A stretch of DNA of 64,000 nt from an uncultured Bdellovibrionales bacterium (GCA_964509425.1 CAZDWZ010000005.1:277859-341858), one strand, 5' to 3'. Shown: positions 17,957-26,076, counted from the first letter of the stretch. A program made the numbers and translations. Notes: generated from the sequence alone by a model not told the origin.

Positions 17957-19468
17957 TTACGCGCTTCCCCCGTTTGCGGGATCGCTGTCTTTGATGACAA
18001 AGCGTGCAGAGAGCTTTGCGACTGATCGGGCAAGACCCGCCTTTTCCACGGATTCGAGCACCGCGCTGAAGTTTTTATACGCGGCAGGTGCTTCGTCCCG
18101 AGGATAGGTACGGCAGTTGCTGAGGATGTCGCACCTCTCGAATTCCGCATCTACTTCATTCTGAGAAAGCTCTCTCATGGCACGGCCGCGGCTCAGCGCT
18201 CGGCCGGCCCCGTGATTCACGCTGTATGCTGCACGTGCTGCACCTTCACTCGCAACCATCACGGCAGAACCGGCCGCAGGATTCCCCGGGAGGAGAATCG
18301 GGTGTCCGGTCGCTTCGTAACGGCCGCCTTTCAGTGCATGATGTCCCGCCGGAAACGCTCGAGTCGCCCCTTTCCGGTGAACCCAAGTTGGACGGCCGTC
18401 CATGTTCTCCTTTCTCGCTATGTTGTGGCTGATGAAGTACACGAGGTCACCCTTCGCTCCGGGAAACACTTCTTGGAACGCCTCAAGCACGAGAGCGTTA
18501 ATAACCAAATGATTGAGTGTCGCGAAGTTTCCACCGAGCGCAAGATCGTCGAGATAGTCGTTCGCCTCCGGTGAGCCGAGTGGCGCGTAGACCAGCTCCT
18601 TGTCTCCGCCGGGGAGGGGGATGCTCCAGTCTGCGAACTTCTGCTGCAAAGTTTTAAACTGCTGCTGCGCGAGAAAATATCCGAACCCTCTTGAGCCGCA
18701 GTGAGAGAGAAATGAGATTTTTCCTTCGCGAAGGCCAAATGCTTCGGCGATTACTTCCTCTCCAGAGGTGATCCGAACCGCGTTTGCTTCACCGAAATGG
18801 TTCCCACCTCCGTATGAGCCGAGTTGGCGGAATTTATTCAGGAGAAAATCTCTTCCCTTCTCGGATTCATGAAGCTGAAGTCGCAGAGCGAGAGCATCAC
18901 GCGACAAATCGTGACCCATGTGAAATGCATCTTCACATGCTTGAAACCAATGGAGCGGAACACCGAGTCCTTGGAGCACGGCATCAGAAGCGCCTTCGAT
19001 GACGGCCCGTTTGCCGAGATCGTAGTCGACGTCTCGCGCCTTCTTCACGGAACGCTGTCCTTTTCCTGCTCCGGTCGGGAGCCGTTCGAGGAGAGCGTTA
19101 ATGACGGCCCGGCGAGCAGGTTTTGAAATAAGCTCTTCGTCGGGAACATCCGTCTGAAGAAGACTCATCGAACATTTGATGTCGACCCCGACTGGGCCAG
19201 GGTAGATATGTGTTCGAGAAGTCATCACACATCCGACCGGTGCTCCGTATCCGGCGTGAGCGTCGGGATTCAACACCAGTTCGTCGACGCCGGGTGCGAG
19301 CCGGCTGTTGATAGCCTGAACGAGGCACTTCTGGTCGAATGTTTCCCGAATGCTCTCCGTTCCGATAACCGTGATGGGCTTCACCGAGGAGTCGGGCACG
19401 GGGAGAAATCCCCGTGCCTCGTCTTCCACATGAATTTTTAATTCTCCGTATTTCGTTTCGATACTCAT
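17957..19468 (-). CDS. rtcB: RNA-splicing ligase RtcB (3'-phosphate/5'-hydroxyl RNA ligase).
   Basis: RtcB metal/GMP-binding residues present in the usual order: NPDAHAGYG...DIKCSM...GGGNHF...HCGSRG...NHGAGR. ATG at 19468 preceded by AGAAGGAAAG; the track ORF extends 38 codons further upstream. Confidence 0.9.
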   Translation of the reverse strand: MSIETKYGELKIHVEDEARGFLPVPDSSVKPITVIGTESIRETFDQKCLVQAINSRLAPGVDELVLNPDAHAGYGAPVGCVMTSRTHIYPGPVGVDIKCSMSLLQTDVPDEELISKPARRAVINALLERLPTGAGKGQRSVKKARDVDYDLGKRAVIEGASDAVLQGLGVPLHWFQACEDAFHMGHDLSRDALALRLQLHESEKGRDFLLNKFRQLGSYGGGNHFGEANAVRITSGEEVIAEAFGLREGKISFLSHCGSRGFGYFLAQQQFKTLQQKFADWSIPLPGGDKELVYAPLGSPEANDYLDDLALGGNFATLNHLVINALVLEAFQEVFPGAKGDLVYFISHNIARKENMDGRPTWVHRKGATRAFPAGHHALKGGRYEATGHPILLPGNPAAGSAVMVASEGAARAAYSVNHGAGRALSRGRAMRELSQNEVDAEFERCDILSNCRTYPRDEAPAAYKNFSAVLESVEKAGLARSVAKLSARFVIKDSDPANGGSA

Positions 19469-19585
19469 ATACTTTCCTTCTGCTTCTCTCGGGCGATTCT
19501 CATACTCGAATCGACTCGAGACAGCCTTTTTGGGGTGAGTGAAGCACCAGATTTCACTGGCTCGGCTCCGCCGAGCCAGCATTAT

Positions 19586-19721
19586 CTAGAGGCCATTTCA
19601 CAAATACCTCTAGACCCCCAGAACTCCAGACCTCCGTGTTAAAAGGAAAGCAGCTGCCTTCGTTAAAACACGGAGTTCCAGAGTTCCAGAGTTTGGGAGA
19701 TATCTATGAAATGGCTTCTAG
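19586..19721 (-). ncRNA. Candidate structured RNA or protein-binding element: about 136 nt closed by a 14-bp terminal stem with nested internal palindromes.
   Basis: CTAGAGGCCATTTC at 19586-19599 and its complement GAAATGGCTTCTAG at 19708-19721 (13 of 14 bp). Internal arms CAGAACTCCAGACCTCCGTGTT / AACACGGAGTTCCAGAGTTCCAG surround GCAGCTGC. A further 9-bp GC hairpin lies at 19557-19579. Strand and function inferred from operon context only. Confidence 0.25.
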
Positions 19722-19786
19722 CGCTCCGGCACCACAAAGGGAAAACTGCTTCAGTCCATTCTAGCGAGAACTAAACGGTCGGAGCA

Positions 19787-20908
19787 CTAATCTCCACTCA
19801 GCTTAACGAGTCCGTTCATGACGCCCTTTAATCCGTCATAAACAGTAAGCTTCTCAATCTTCGAGCTGATCCGTTCTACAGCTTCGAGCTCTTTCAACCG
19901 AAGCAAGACCGGATTCCCCTCGATCATCCGAGCAGTGTTCAAAAGTGATCGCGTTGCCGCAAACTCTTCTCTTCGCCGGATGTTCTGTGCCTGAGCGGCT
20001 TTCTCCGCCTCAACCACCTGATTGAGCAATATCCTCATATCGCCTGGCAGGATGATATCCTTCGCCCCGATCCGTGAAATTTCGATGCCGAACTTTTCCA
20101 GCGAAGTCGAGACTTCAGATGCCAATCCCCTGTTGAGGGCCTCTTTGTTTTCAAGAAGCTCATCGAGTGTTTTCTCGCCGACCGCCTGCCGGAGAGCGAG
20201 CTGCGCAGTCCGGTAGATCTCGCCCGAGATATCGGACAATGACCGCACGGCCTTTGACACATCGACGATCGAGAAAGCGACCGTCAAGTTCACTCTCAGG
20301 GACACCTTGTCCTTCGTGAGCATCTCCTGTCCACTGACTTCGAGCGCGGTCACCCGCGTATCGAGGACCGTGGCGAGAAGCTGACGCTGCGCCCGGAAAA
20401 ATCCGTAGTATCCAGGCTGAAGCTCTCTCACGATGACTCCGGACTCGAAGAGAATTCCTTTGCATTGCTCAGGAACTCTGACCTCGAGAACTTTGGTTTC
20501 GTCGATGATCCCGGAGATATCTCGAAGAGTTTCCCGGTTGATCTCGTATTCGTCCGTGATATCAAACCGCTTCACCTGCAGCTCCCAGACTCCCTTCCAG
20601 AAGAGCCGCTCTTGGCCCGGGCCGATGACGGCTGCGGCCCGGGCGTCGCGATAAACCACGGCAACCTCTCGTGGTCCTGTGCTGACTCGGTACAAAAAGC
20701 TTTCGACGAGGGAACTCGAATCCCTGAAGATGATGCTCGCAATCGGTCCTGAGAGCTCAGGAGTCTTTACGATGTCGAAGACCTCGGCTGAATAACTCTC
20801 AAGCGCCGAGAACATCCGGAATGTACCCGGAGCGAGCAACCGTACAAATTGCCGGTTCTTATAGAGGATTCCTCTCTCAGTGCTTCCGATGACAAATTTT
20901 CTGTACAT
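19787..20908 (-). CDS. SPFH / band-7 (stomatin-prohibitin-flotillin-HflKC) domain protein with C-terminal coiled coil.
   Basis: The central region has the SPFH-domain residue pattern and an AEKAAQAQ coiled-coil tail. ATG at 20908 is preceded by GGAG; the track ORF starts 9 codons upstream at TTG. Confidence 0.8.
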   Translation of the reverse strand: MYRKFVIGSTERGILYKNRQFVRLLAPGTFRMFSALESYSAEVFDIVKTPELSGPIASIIFRDSSSLVESFLYRVSTGPREVAVVYRDARAAAVIGPGQERLFWKGVWELQVKRFDITDEYEINRETLRDISGIIDETKVLEVRVPEQCKGILFESGVIVRELQPGYYGFFRAQRQLLATVLDTRVTALEVSGQEMLTKDKVSLRVNLTVAFSIVDVSKAVRSLSDISGEIYRTAQLALRQAVGEKTLDELLENKEALNRGLASEVSTSLEKFGIEISRIGAKDIILPGDMRILLNQVVEAEKAAQAQNIRRREEFAATRSLLNTARMIEGNPVLLRLKELEAVERISSKIEKLTVYDGLKGVMNGLVKLSGD

Positions 20909-21126
20909 AAAAACAACTCCAACATTTCCAAACAAAAACTAAAAAAAGGGGTCTTCCTCACGAGAGCCGAGCGGACGGCGATCTCCGAAGCTCTGGGTGA
21001 CAAAGTTCATCGCACTCTCTTTGCACCTCGAGGCTTCGGCAGAATTCGCCTATGCAAGGCAAGGTTCCCGCCGAGGGTATTCCTCGCTTGGGAATTCCCC
21101 TCACGTAACGCACGAGAGTTTTTTCT

Positions 21127-21199
21127 CGTTCGAGGCAGGATTCGAACCTGCTACCCGTCGATTATCAGTCGACTGCTCTACCCAATGAGCTACTCCAGT
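21127..21199 (-). tRNA. tRNA-Ile(GAU)-like element with canonical D, anticodon and T arms but an acceptor stem that cannot pair (pseudo-tRNA or tRNA-mimic RNA).
   Basis: Minus-strand sequence ACTGGAG-TA-GCTC-ATTGGGTA-GAGC-A-GTCGA-CTGATAA-TCGAC-GGGTA-GCAGG-TTCGAAT-CCTGC-CTCGAAC. Only 4 of 7 acceptor pairs form. Anticodon GAU. Confidence 0.5.
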
Positions 21200-21301
21200 G
21201 GGACTGGGTCCTCCCGGCGCGGAACGAAGAGAAAGAAGATTTTGACCATCCCTCCTCTTCGCCGCCTGGCCTTTCAGAAGCCGGCCGCGATTATTCAGTC
21301 A

Positions 21302-21317
21302 CCCTTCTCTAGGCAGG
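21302..21317 (-). promoter_or_regulatory. Sigma-54 (-24/-12) promoter TGGCAC-AGTCC-CTGCC, divergent from rtcR and directed toward the tRNA-like element, SPFH gene and rtcB.
   Basis: Minus strand reads TGGCACAGTCCCTGCC with correct GG-N10-GC spacing, about 100 nt upstream of rtcR on the opposite strand and about 100 nt upstream of the tRNA-like element. Confidence 0.5.
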
Positions 21318-21385
21318 GACTGTGCCAAGTGTTACGGCGCGGGAATCATTGGATTTTTATTCAGGGCGGTGGGGGCAAAATCTAG

Positions 21386-21391
21386 TATAAT
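21386..21391 (+). promoter_or_regulatory. Candidate -10 box (TATAAT) for rtcR.
   Basis: A perfect TATAAT hexamer 25 nt upstream of the rtcR ATG. No convincing -35. Confidence 0.25.
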
Positions 21392-21415
21392 GGATAGAAT
21401 TAGGATTCTATCTAT

Positions 21416-23095
21416 ATGAAGAAAGTAGCATTCGGCTTCCTCGGCACTCGGCTTGATGCCGCCGGAGGTTTTGGAAAAAAGCGAGAGAGTTTTTGGAGAC
21501 CGAGCATCGCCCTCGCGCGCGACGCGTCGCTCGGACTTTCTCGATTTGAGATCTGGTACGACACGAAATTCCAGAAGCTTGCGAACCTCGTGAAAGAGGA
21601 CATCGAGAGTGGGGAGAATCCACCCGAAGTACTCCTCCGCAAGGCGGACATCAAGAATCCCTGGAACTTCGAGGAAGTCTACGCATTCCTTTTCGACTTT
21701 GCCGCCGATTACGTGTTTCGGCCGGAAGAGGAAGAATATTTCATTCACCTCACCACGGGCACTCACGTCGCGCAGATCTGTCTGTTTCTCCTCGCTGAAA
21801 CGCGCCATCTCCCGGCTCGTCTCATTCAAACCAGTCCACGAAGTGATGGGCAACAAACGGAGGAGCTTCGAAACGCGGACCGGGGGAGCGAGGACCAACC
21901 CGCGGAACGTAGTGAAAAACAGGAAGCACACCGGCCGTCGATTTCGATAGTCGATCTGGATCTCGCGCGTTACGACAAGCTCGCGCAGCGGTTCGAGCGA
22001 AAGCGGCAGTCGGATCTGGAGATATTGAAGGCCGGCATCAACACTCGTAACTCCGCGTTTAACCGCCTGATTACCGAAATCGAGCAAGTGGCACGAGCGA
22101 GCACCGAGCCGATTCTTCTCCTCGGGCCCACCGGAGCGGGGAAATCGCATCTCGCGAAGCAGATTTATCAATTACGGCGCTCGCAACACCGGGTCGACGG
22201 AGCCTTCGTGGATATCAACTGCGCAACCATTCGTGGTGAGCAGGCGATGTCGGCACTTTTTGGACACGTTAAAGGAGCGTTCACAGGGGCGCTCAACCGG
22301 CGTGAAGGACTGTTGAAGAAGGCAGATCGCGGCCTCCTCTTTCTCGATGAAGTCGCGGAGCTCGGGATGGACGAACAGGCGATGCTCCTCCGCGCGATCG
22401 AAGATAGATTATTTCTTCCGCTGGGGAGCGATAAAGAGGAATCGAGCGATTTTCAACTGATTGTCGGCACGAATCGCGATTTGCGACAGCGAGTGAGGGA
22501 AGGTTTATTTCGCGAGGATCTCCTAAAGCGAATGGATACCTGGAGCTTCGTGCTTCCGGGCCTTTCGGAACGCCGCGAAGACATTGAGCCGAACTTAGAT
22601 TTTGAGCTTCGCAAATTTGAAGATCGTTCGGGCCGCCGGATCACGTTTGGCCGAGAAGCGAAGCGGAGCTATCTTGACTATGCACTCTCATCGGAAGCCA
22701 CCTGGGACGGGAATTTTCGCGATTTGAACGCTTCGGTGATCCGCCTCGCGACCTTGGCGCCGGAGGGTCGGATCACGGAGAAATGTGTAGCCCGGGAGGT
22801 CGCGAGGCTCGGCGAGAGCTGGTCGAGGGGCTCGAGTAACGGAGCGTCGAGCGAGAATGGTGACGCGATAATCGCCGCAGTCGGGCTTATGCCGGAGCGA
22901 CTCGACATGTTTGAGCGTCCTCAACTCTCTGCGGTCATCCGCACTTTAGGTGAAAGCCGCACACTCGCTGAAGCGGGAAGAAAGCTCTTCGGAGTGAGCC
23001 GGAAAACCCGAGAACACAGTAACGATTCCGACCGTGTCAGAAAGTATCTCGCTCGTTTTGGACTCGATGCGCGGGCGCTCTTGCGGGGCGAGTAG
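21416..23095 (+). CDS. rtcR: Sigma-54-dependent transcriptional regulator RtcR (CARF-like N-terminal domain + AAA+ sigma-54 activator + HTH).
   Basis: The N-terminus MKKVAFGFLGTRLD...NPWNFEEVYAFLFDFAADYVF.PEEEEYFIHLTTGTHVAQICLFLLAE.R.LPARLIQ is near-colinear with E. coli RtcR. AAA+ motifs are present: Walker A LLLGPTGAGKS, GAFTGA loop, DEVAELG, ESSDFQLIVGTNRDL, and a C-terminal DRVRKYLARFGL. Confidence 0.9.
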   Translation: MKKVAFGFLGTRLDAAGGFGKKRESFWRPSIALARDASLGLSRFEIWYDTKFQKLANLVKEDIESGENPPEVLLRKADIKNPWNFEEVYAFLFDFAADYVFRPEEEEYFIHLTTGTHVAQICLFLLAETRHLPARLIQTSPRSDGQQTEELRNADRGSEDQPAERSEKQEAHRPSISIVDLDLARYDKLAQRFERKRQSDLEILKAGINTRNSAFNRLITEIEQVARASTEPILLLGPTGAGKSHLAKQIYQLRRSQHRVDGAFVDINCATIRGEQAMSALFGHVKGAFTGALNRREGLLKKADRGLLFLDEVAELGMDEQAMLLRAIEDRLFLPLGSDKEESSDFQLIVGTNRDLRQRVREGLFREDLLKRMDTWSFVLPGLSERREDIEPNLDFELRKFEDRSGRRITFGREAKRSYLDYALSSEATWDGNFRDLNASVIRLATLAPEGRITEKCVAREVARLGESWSRGSSNGASSENGDAIIAAVGLMPERLDMFERPQLSAVIRTLGESRTLAEAGRKLFGVSRKTREHSNDSDRVRKYLARFGLDARALLRGE

Positions 23096-23282
23096 AGGGT
23101 TTCACCTCGCGAGATCGAGCGGCTGAACGGTGAGTGGCGGCTGAGGGCTACGCGGTGATGGACTCGATCTGGGACTTCGTCAAGGAATCCGGCACAGCAA
23201 CGTAGCAGTGGAGATCTAATACCAGAGTAGGCACAGGCTACCGACAATAGAGTCGGATCCCGCGTATCGAGAACGCACCGAC

Positions 23283-23311
23283 AACCGAGGTTCAAGCTGC
23301 TCCACTTGAAC
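23283..23311. terminator. Perfect 10-bp hairpin (GAGGTTCAAG / CTTGAACCTC) in the convergent gap between rtcR and the VOC gene; possible bidirectional terminator, no U-tract.
   Basis: Inverted repeat read directly, immediately downstream of the VOC stop on the minus strand and 190 nt downstream of the rtcR stop. Confidence 0.35.
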
Positions 23312-23312
23312 C

Positions 23313-23813
23313 TCAACGTTGCAACTCTTGCTCGGCCTCACGCAAGAGCCCCTCGATGTCGAGCGATCTTGTGAACATGCCGAGCGTGCCGTCAGCGTTC
23401 CTCGGCCACTCTGATTCCGGTCGATCACGATAGAGCTCAACCCCATTTAAATCGGGATCGCTCAGGTAGAGCGCTTCGCTCACCCCGTGATCCGCGGCTC
23501 CTTCGAGTTTGATTCCGGCGTCGAGAACCCGACGGAGGGCTCGTGCGAGCTGACGACGGTCCGGATAGAGAATTGCCGTGTGATAGAGGCCGGTGGAACC
23601 GGGAGGCGGCGGACTTCCTCCGAGACTCTCCCAGGTATTCAGGCCGATGTGATGATGATATCCGCCGGCCGAGATAAATGCGGCACTCGTTCCGAATCTC
23701 TGCTGAAGCTCGAACCCGAGAACCCCACAGTAAAAATCCAAAGCCCGCTCGAGATTTGAAACTTTAAGATGGACGTGGCCGATTCGGACTCGAGAATCAA
23801 TCGGGATGTTCAT
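23313..23813 (-). CDS. VOC (glyoxalase / bleomycin-resistance / extradiol dioxygenase) family protein.
   Basis: IGHVHLKVSNLERALDFYCGVLGFEL...GGYHHHIGLNTW...LYHTAILYPD...EGAADHGVSEALYLSDPDLNGVELY, the betaalphabetabetabeta-module metal-binding pattern. 166 aa. Confidence 0.7.
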   Translation of the reverse strand: MNIPIDSRVRIGHVHLKVSNLERALDFYCGVLGFELQQRFGTSAAFISAGGYHHHIGLNTWESLGGSPPPPGSTGLYHTAILYPDRRQLARALRRVLDAGIKLEGAADHGVSEALYLSDPDLNGVELYRDRPESEWPRNADGTLGMFTRSLDIEGLLREAEQELQR

Positions 23814-24355
23814 GAGCTCTTTTCGAATTTCTCGAGCACCTTCTTGAAGACGGCGAGCATTTCGTTCGAGAAAAGTACGAAGCGAATTTCCTTAATCATC
23901 GGCAGCTGCTGCGCGGTAGCGGCGCATGTTCGAATCGCGATCTCCGCGGCGTCAGCTGCGGGATAATGATACGCGCCCGTGCTGATGGCGGGAAAGGCGA
24001 TCGTCGAGCAGCCGGCCTTTGCCGCGAGCTCGAGACTCTTGTGATAGGCACTCGTCAGAAGCTCTGCCTCCTTTTGCCGTCCACCTCCCCATACGGGACC
24101 GACTGCATGAACGATATACTTTGCTCTGAGATTTCCGGCGCGGGTGATGACAGCGCTTCCCGTTGGGCACGGACCTTGAGCCTCACGAATCTTCCGGCAC
24201 TCTTCCATGACGGTGAGTCCGCCCTCGCGATGGATCGCACCGTCAACACCGCCGCCGCCCGAGAGGCCACTGTTTGCGGCATTCACGATAACGTCAGCGC
24301 TCTCCTTCGTGATATCTCCTCGCTTGAGGACTATAATAGCTCTCTTCGTCTCCAT
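23810..24355 (-). CDS. Macro domain protein (O-acetyl-ADP-ribose deacetylase / ADP-ribose binding, YmdB-like).
   Basis: IIVLKRGDITKESADVIVNAANSGLSGGGGVDGAIHREGG...YIVHAVGPVW...GCSTIAFPAISTGAYHYP. The ATG at 24355 overlaps the VOC gene by 4 nt at the other end (ATGA). Confidence 0.8.
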   Translation of the reverse strand: METKRAIIVLKRGDITKESADVIVNAANSGLSGGGGVDGAIHREGGLTVMEECRKIREAQGPCPTGSAVITRAGNLRAKYIVHAVGPVWGGGRQKEAELLTSAYHKSLELAAKAGCSTIAFPAISTGAYHYPAADAAEIAIRTCAATAQQLPMIKEIRFVLFSNEMLAVFKKVLEKFEKSS

Positions 24356-24408
24356 ACCTTCGGGTTTACCGCCCGGCTTCTTCCCTCCGCGAAAGGGTCC
24401 AGACTTCG

Positions 24409-26076
24409 TTACCTCCACAAATTGTTCGCTCCCCGCCGGAGGTCATTCCACACTTCTTGCATAGAATTGCCTCTCCGCCGCGCCGGTTGTCGAGAGGGAA
24501 TCTTCTGGGGAGTGGGGTTTGGCCAAGGATTGTAGGAGTCCTCCCGGTATGCCGGACGAGAGCGATTGTCTCGTCGTTGCTGGTATCGCGAATGGCTTTC
24601 GCAGACCGGCGGGAGTGAGCGAGCGGCGGGGAGTGCCATCCATTCGATCGCATCTCGGGGGCACTGTTGAGAGGCGGGCCGGAAGCTCGTCCGGTCGACT
24701 TGGAAATATTGAACACCTATCGGGGGTTTGAAACTTTCCGGAGGAAGAAGTCCGTCGACACACCTCATGAAATCGGTCCAAGTATTCGCCGCATCAGCTT
24801 CGGTTGCGAGACCTTTCGCATCTCCGGTCCATACTCCGATCGCGAGCGAGGGGGTGTAGGCAACAAGCCATGCGCTTTTTCCCCCCGGTTGCTCACCTAA
24901 AGAACCAGCCACATCCCGTTGATAATTTGCCTCGCGAATTTTTCTCCCCGTCCCATGATTGATCGCTCCGCGAAGCATGTCGGTGAGTAAGAAACTCGAA
25001 ACCGGGTTTGCGATGTTTTTGGTTTCTGGGGCGGGAATCGAAATCGGCTTTCCTTGAGCGTCGATCACCGCGGCAAAAAGCCGCGCTTTCTGATGTTTTC
25101 CCCCGCTCGCGAGAGAGGCGTAGGCCGAAGTGACTTTCAACAAAGAAGCATTCTTGATGTCGAAGCTTTCCAAGATCGAGTCTGCTTTCGCTTGGCCAAT
25201 TCGCGCAATGAACGCTTGAACATCGGCGTCAGTCAGCAGTTCGACGGCTTCTCTTATAGTTCGGTTTTTCGGATTTGTTCCAGGGGATGGAATCTCGAGA
25301 GAAATGGCTTCGACATCAGCTGGTTTCGGCTCTTCCAACGGAGACAGAGGTCCGAGCGAAATATTCCCTGAAAGGGTCTCGTCTACGGCGGCGAGGAAGA
25401 CAAATGGCTTGGTGATCGAGGAAGCGTCTCTCTCTTCCGTCACAAAGCTCTTTTTGCCGGCGGCCTGAGCGGATTCCGCCCAAGCTTGCACCGTTCTCGT
25501 TTTTACGTCGACGGCGACTATTGCTCGCGACTCAGCGCCGCCTTTTTTATTCACCGCCGAGAGCGCGCATCGCTGTGCTTCGGGAATGAGGTGAGTAAAG
25601 ACTCGCAGATTCTTGACTTCGGACTTCTGCAGCTCGGCTGGCAGCTCAGCTTTTACTGCCGAGAGAAAGGCTGCGAGATTCGGATCTGCCTTTGATTCTT
25701 CGAGCGACGAGAGAAGAAGCGGTTCGAGACGAATAACGTCTGGAGCCTCTCCGAGTGAGTTTTCGATGGTCCCATTTCCGGAGGAGTACCGGAGGTTCAT
25801 TTTCGGGAAGAACTCACCGCTCTCGTCGATAAACTCGTTGGTGATGACTCTGAGGTCGCGACTCGAGACCGAAAACTGGCCTGCTTTTTCAGGCGCCTTG
25901 GTCGTTTCCTCATACTTGAGGGACTTGAGAAGAATGGTGAGCGAAGTGAGAGGGAGTTCGGGGGCGCCTCGAAAAGTGAAAGAGGGAGAATACAGCCCGG
26001 GTGCGGGCGTCGTTGGAGTCTCATCCGCAAGAACAGCGCCGACGAAAAGCAGCCCTCCAAGCGAAAGTCTGGCCAT
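24409..26076 (-). CDS. Secreted penicillin-binding-protein transpeptidase-domain protein (no glycosyltransferase domain; KTG motif apparently degenerate).
   Basis: Signal peptide MARLSLGGLLFVGAVLA; SSITKPFVFLAAVD (SxxK); C-terminal GTGRKI...GGKSAWLVAYTPSLAIGVWTGDAKG, which parallels class A PBP GTG..A...AGKTGTT.D..DAWFVGYTP.L..GVWVG.D. Arg/Pro/Gln-rich tail. Confidence 0.6.
   Translation of the reverse strand: MARLSLGGLLFVGAVLADETPTTPAPGLYSPSFTFRGAPELPLTSLTILLKSLKYEETTKAPEKAGQFSVSSRDLRVITNEFIDESGEFFPKMNLRYSSGNGTIENSLGEAPDVIRLEPLLLSSLEESKADPNLAAFLSAVKAELPAELQKSEVKNLRVFTHLIPEAQRCALSAVNKKGGAESRAIVAVDVKTRTVQAWAESAQAAGKKSFVTEERDASSITKPFVFLAAVDETLSGNISLGPLSPLEEPKPADVEAISLEIPSPGTNPKNRTIREAVELLTDADVQAFIARIGQAKADSILESFDIKNASLLKVTSAYASLASGGKHQKARLFAAVIDAQGKPISIPAPETKNIANPVSSFLLTDMLRGAINHGTGRKIREANYQRDVAGSLGEQPGGKSAWLVAYTPSLAIGVWTGDAKGLATEADAANTWTDFMRCVDGLLPPESFKPPIGVQYFQVDRTSFRPASQQCPRDAIEWMALPAARSLPPVCESHSRYQQRRDNRSRPAYREDSYNPWPNPTPQKIPSRQPARRRGNSMQEVWNDLRRGANNLWR

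Noticed and set aside
19469-19585. A search for a canonical sigma-54 promoter directly upstream of rtcB.
   Set aside because: Only a GG-N9-GC near-match (TGGCTCGGCGGAGC) was found, with the wrong spacing. rtcB is therefore tentatively assigned to the distal promoter at 21302-21317.
20849-21385. A 178-aa plus-strand ORF (and 20997-21188) spanning the tRNA-like element.
   Set aside because: It overlaps a structured RNA element and the sigma-54 promoter, and has no SD. It reads as low-complexity sequence.
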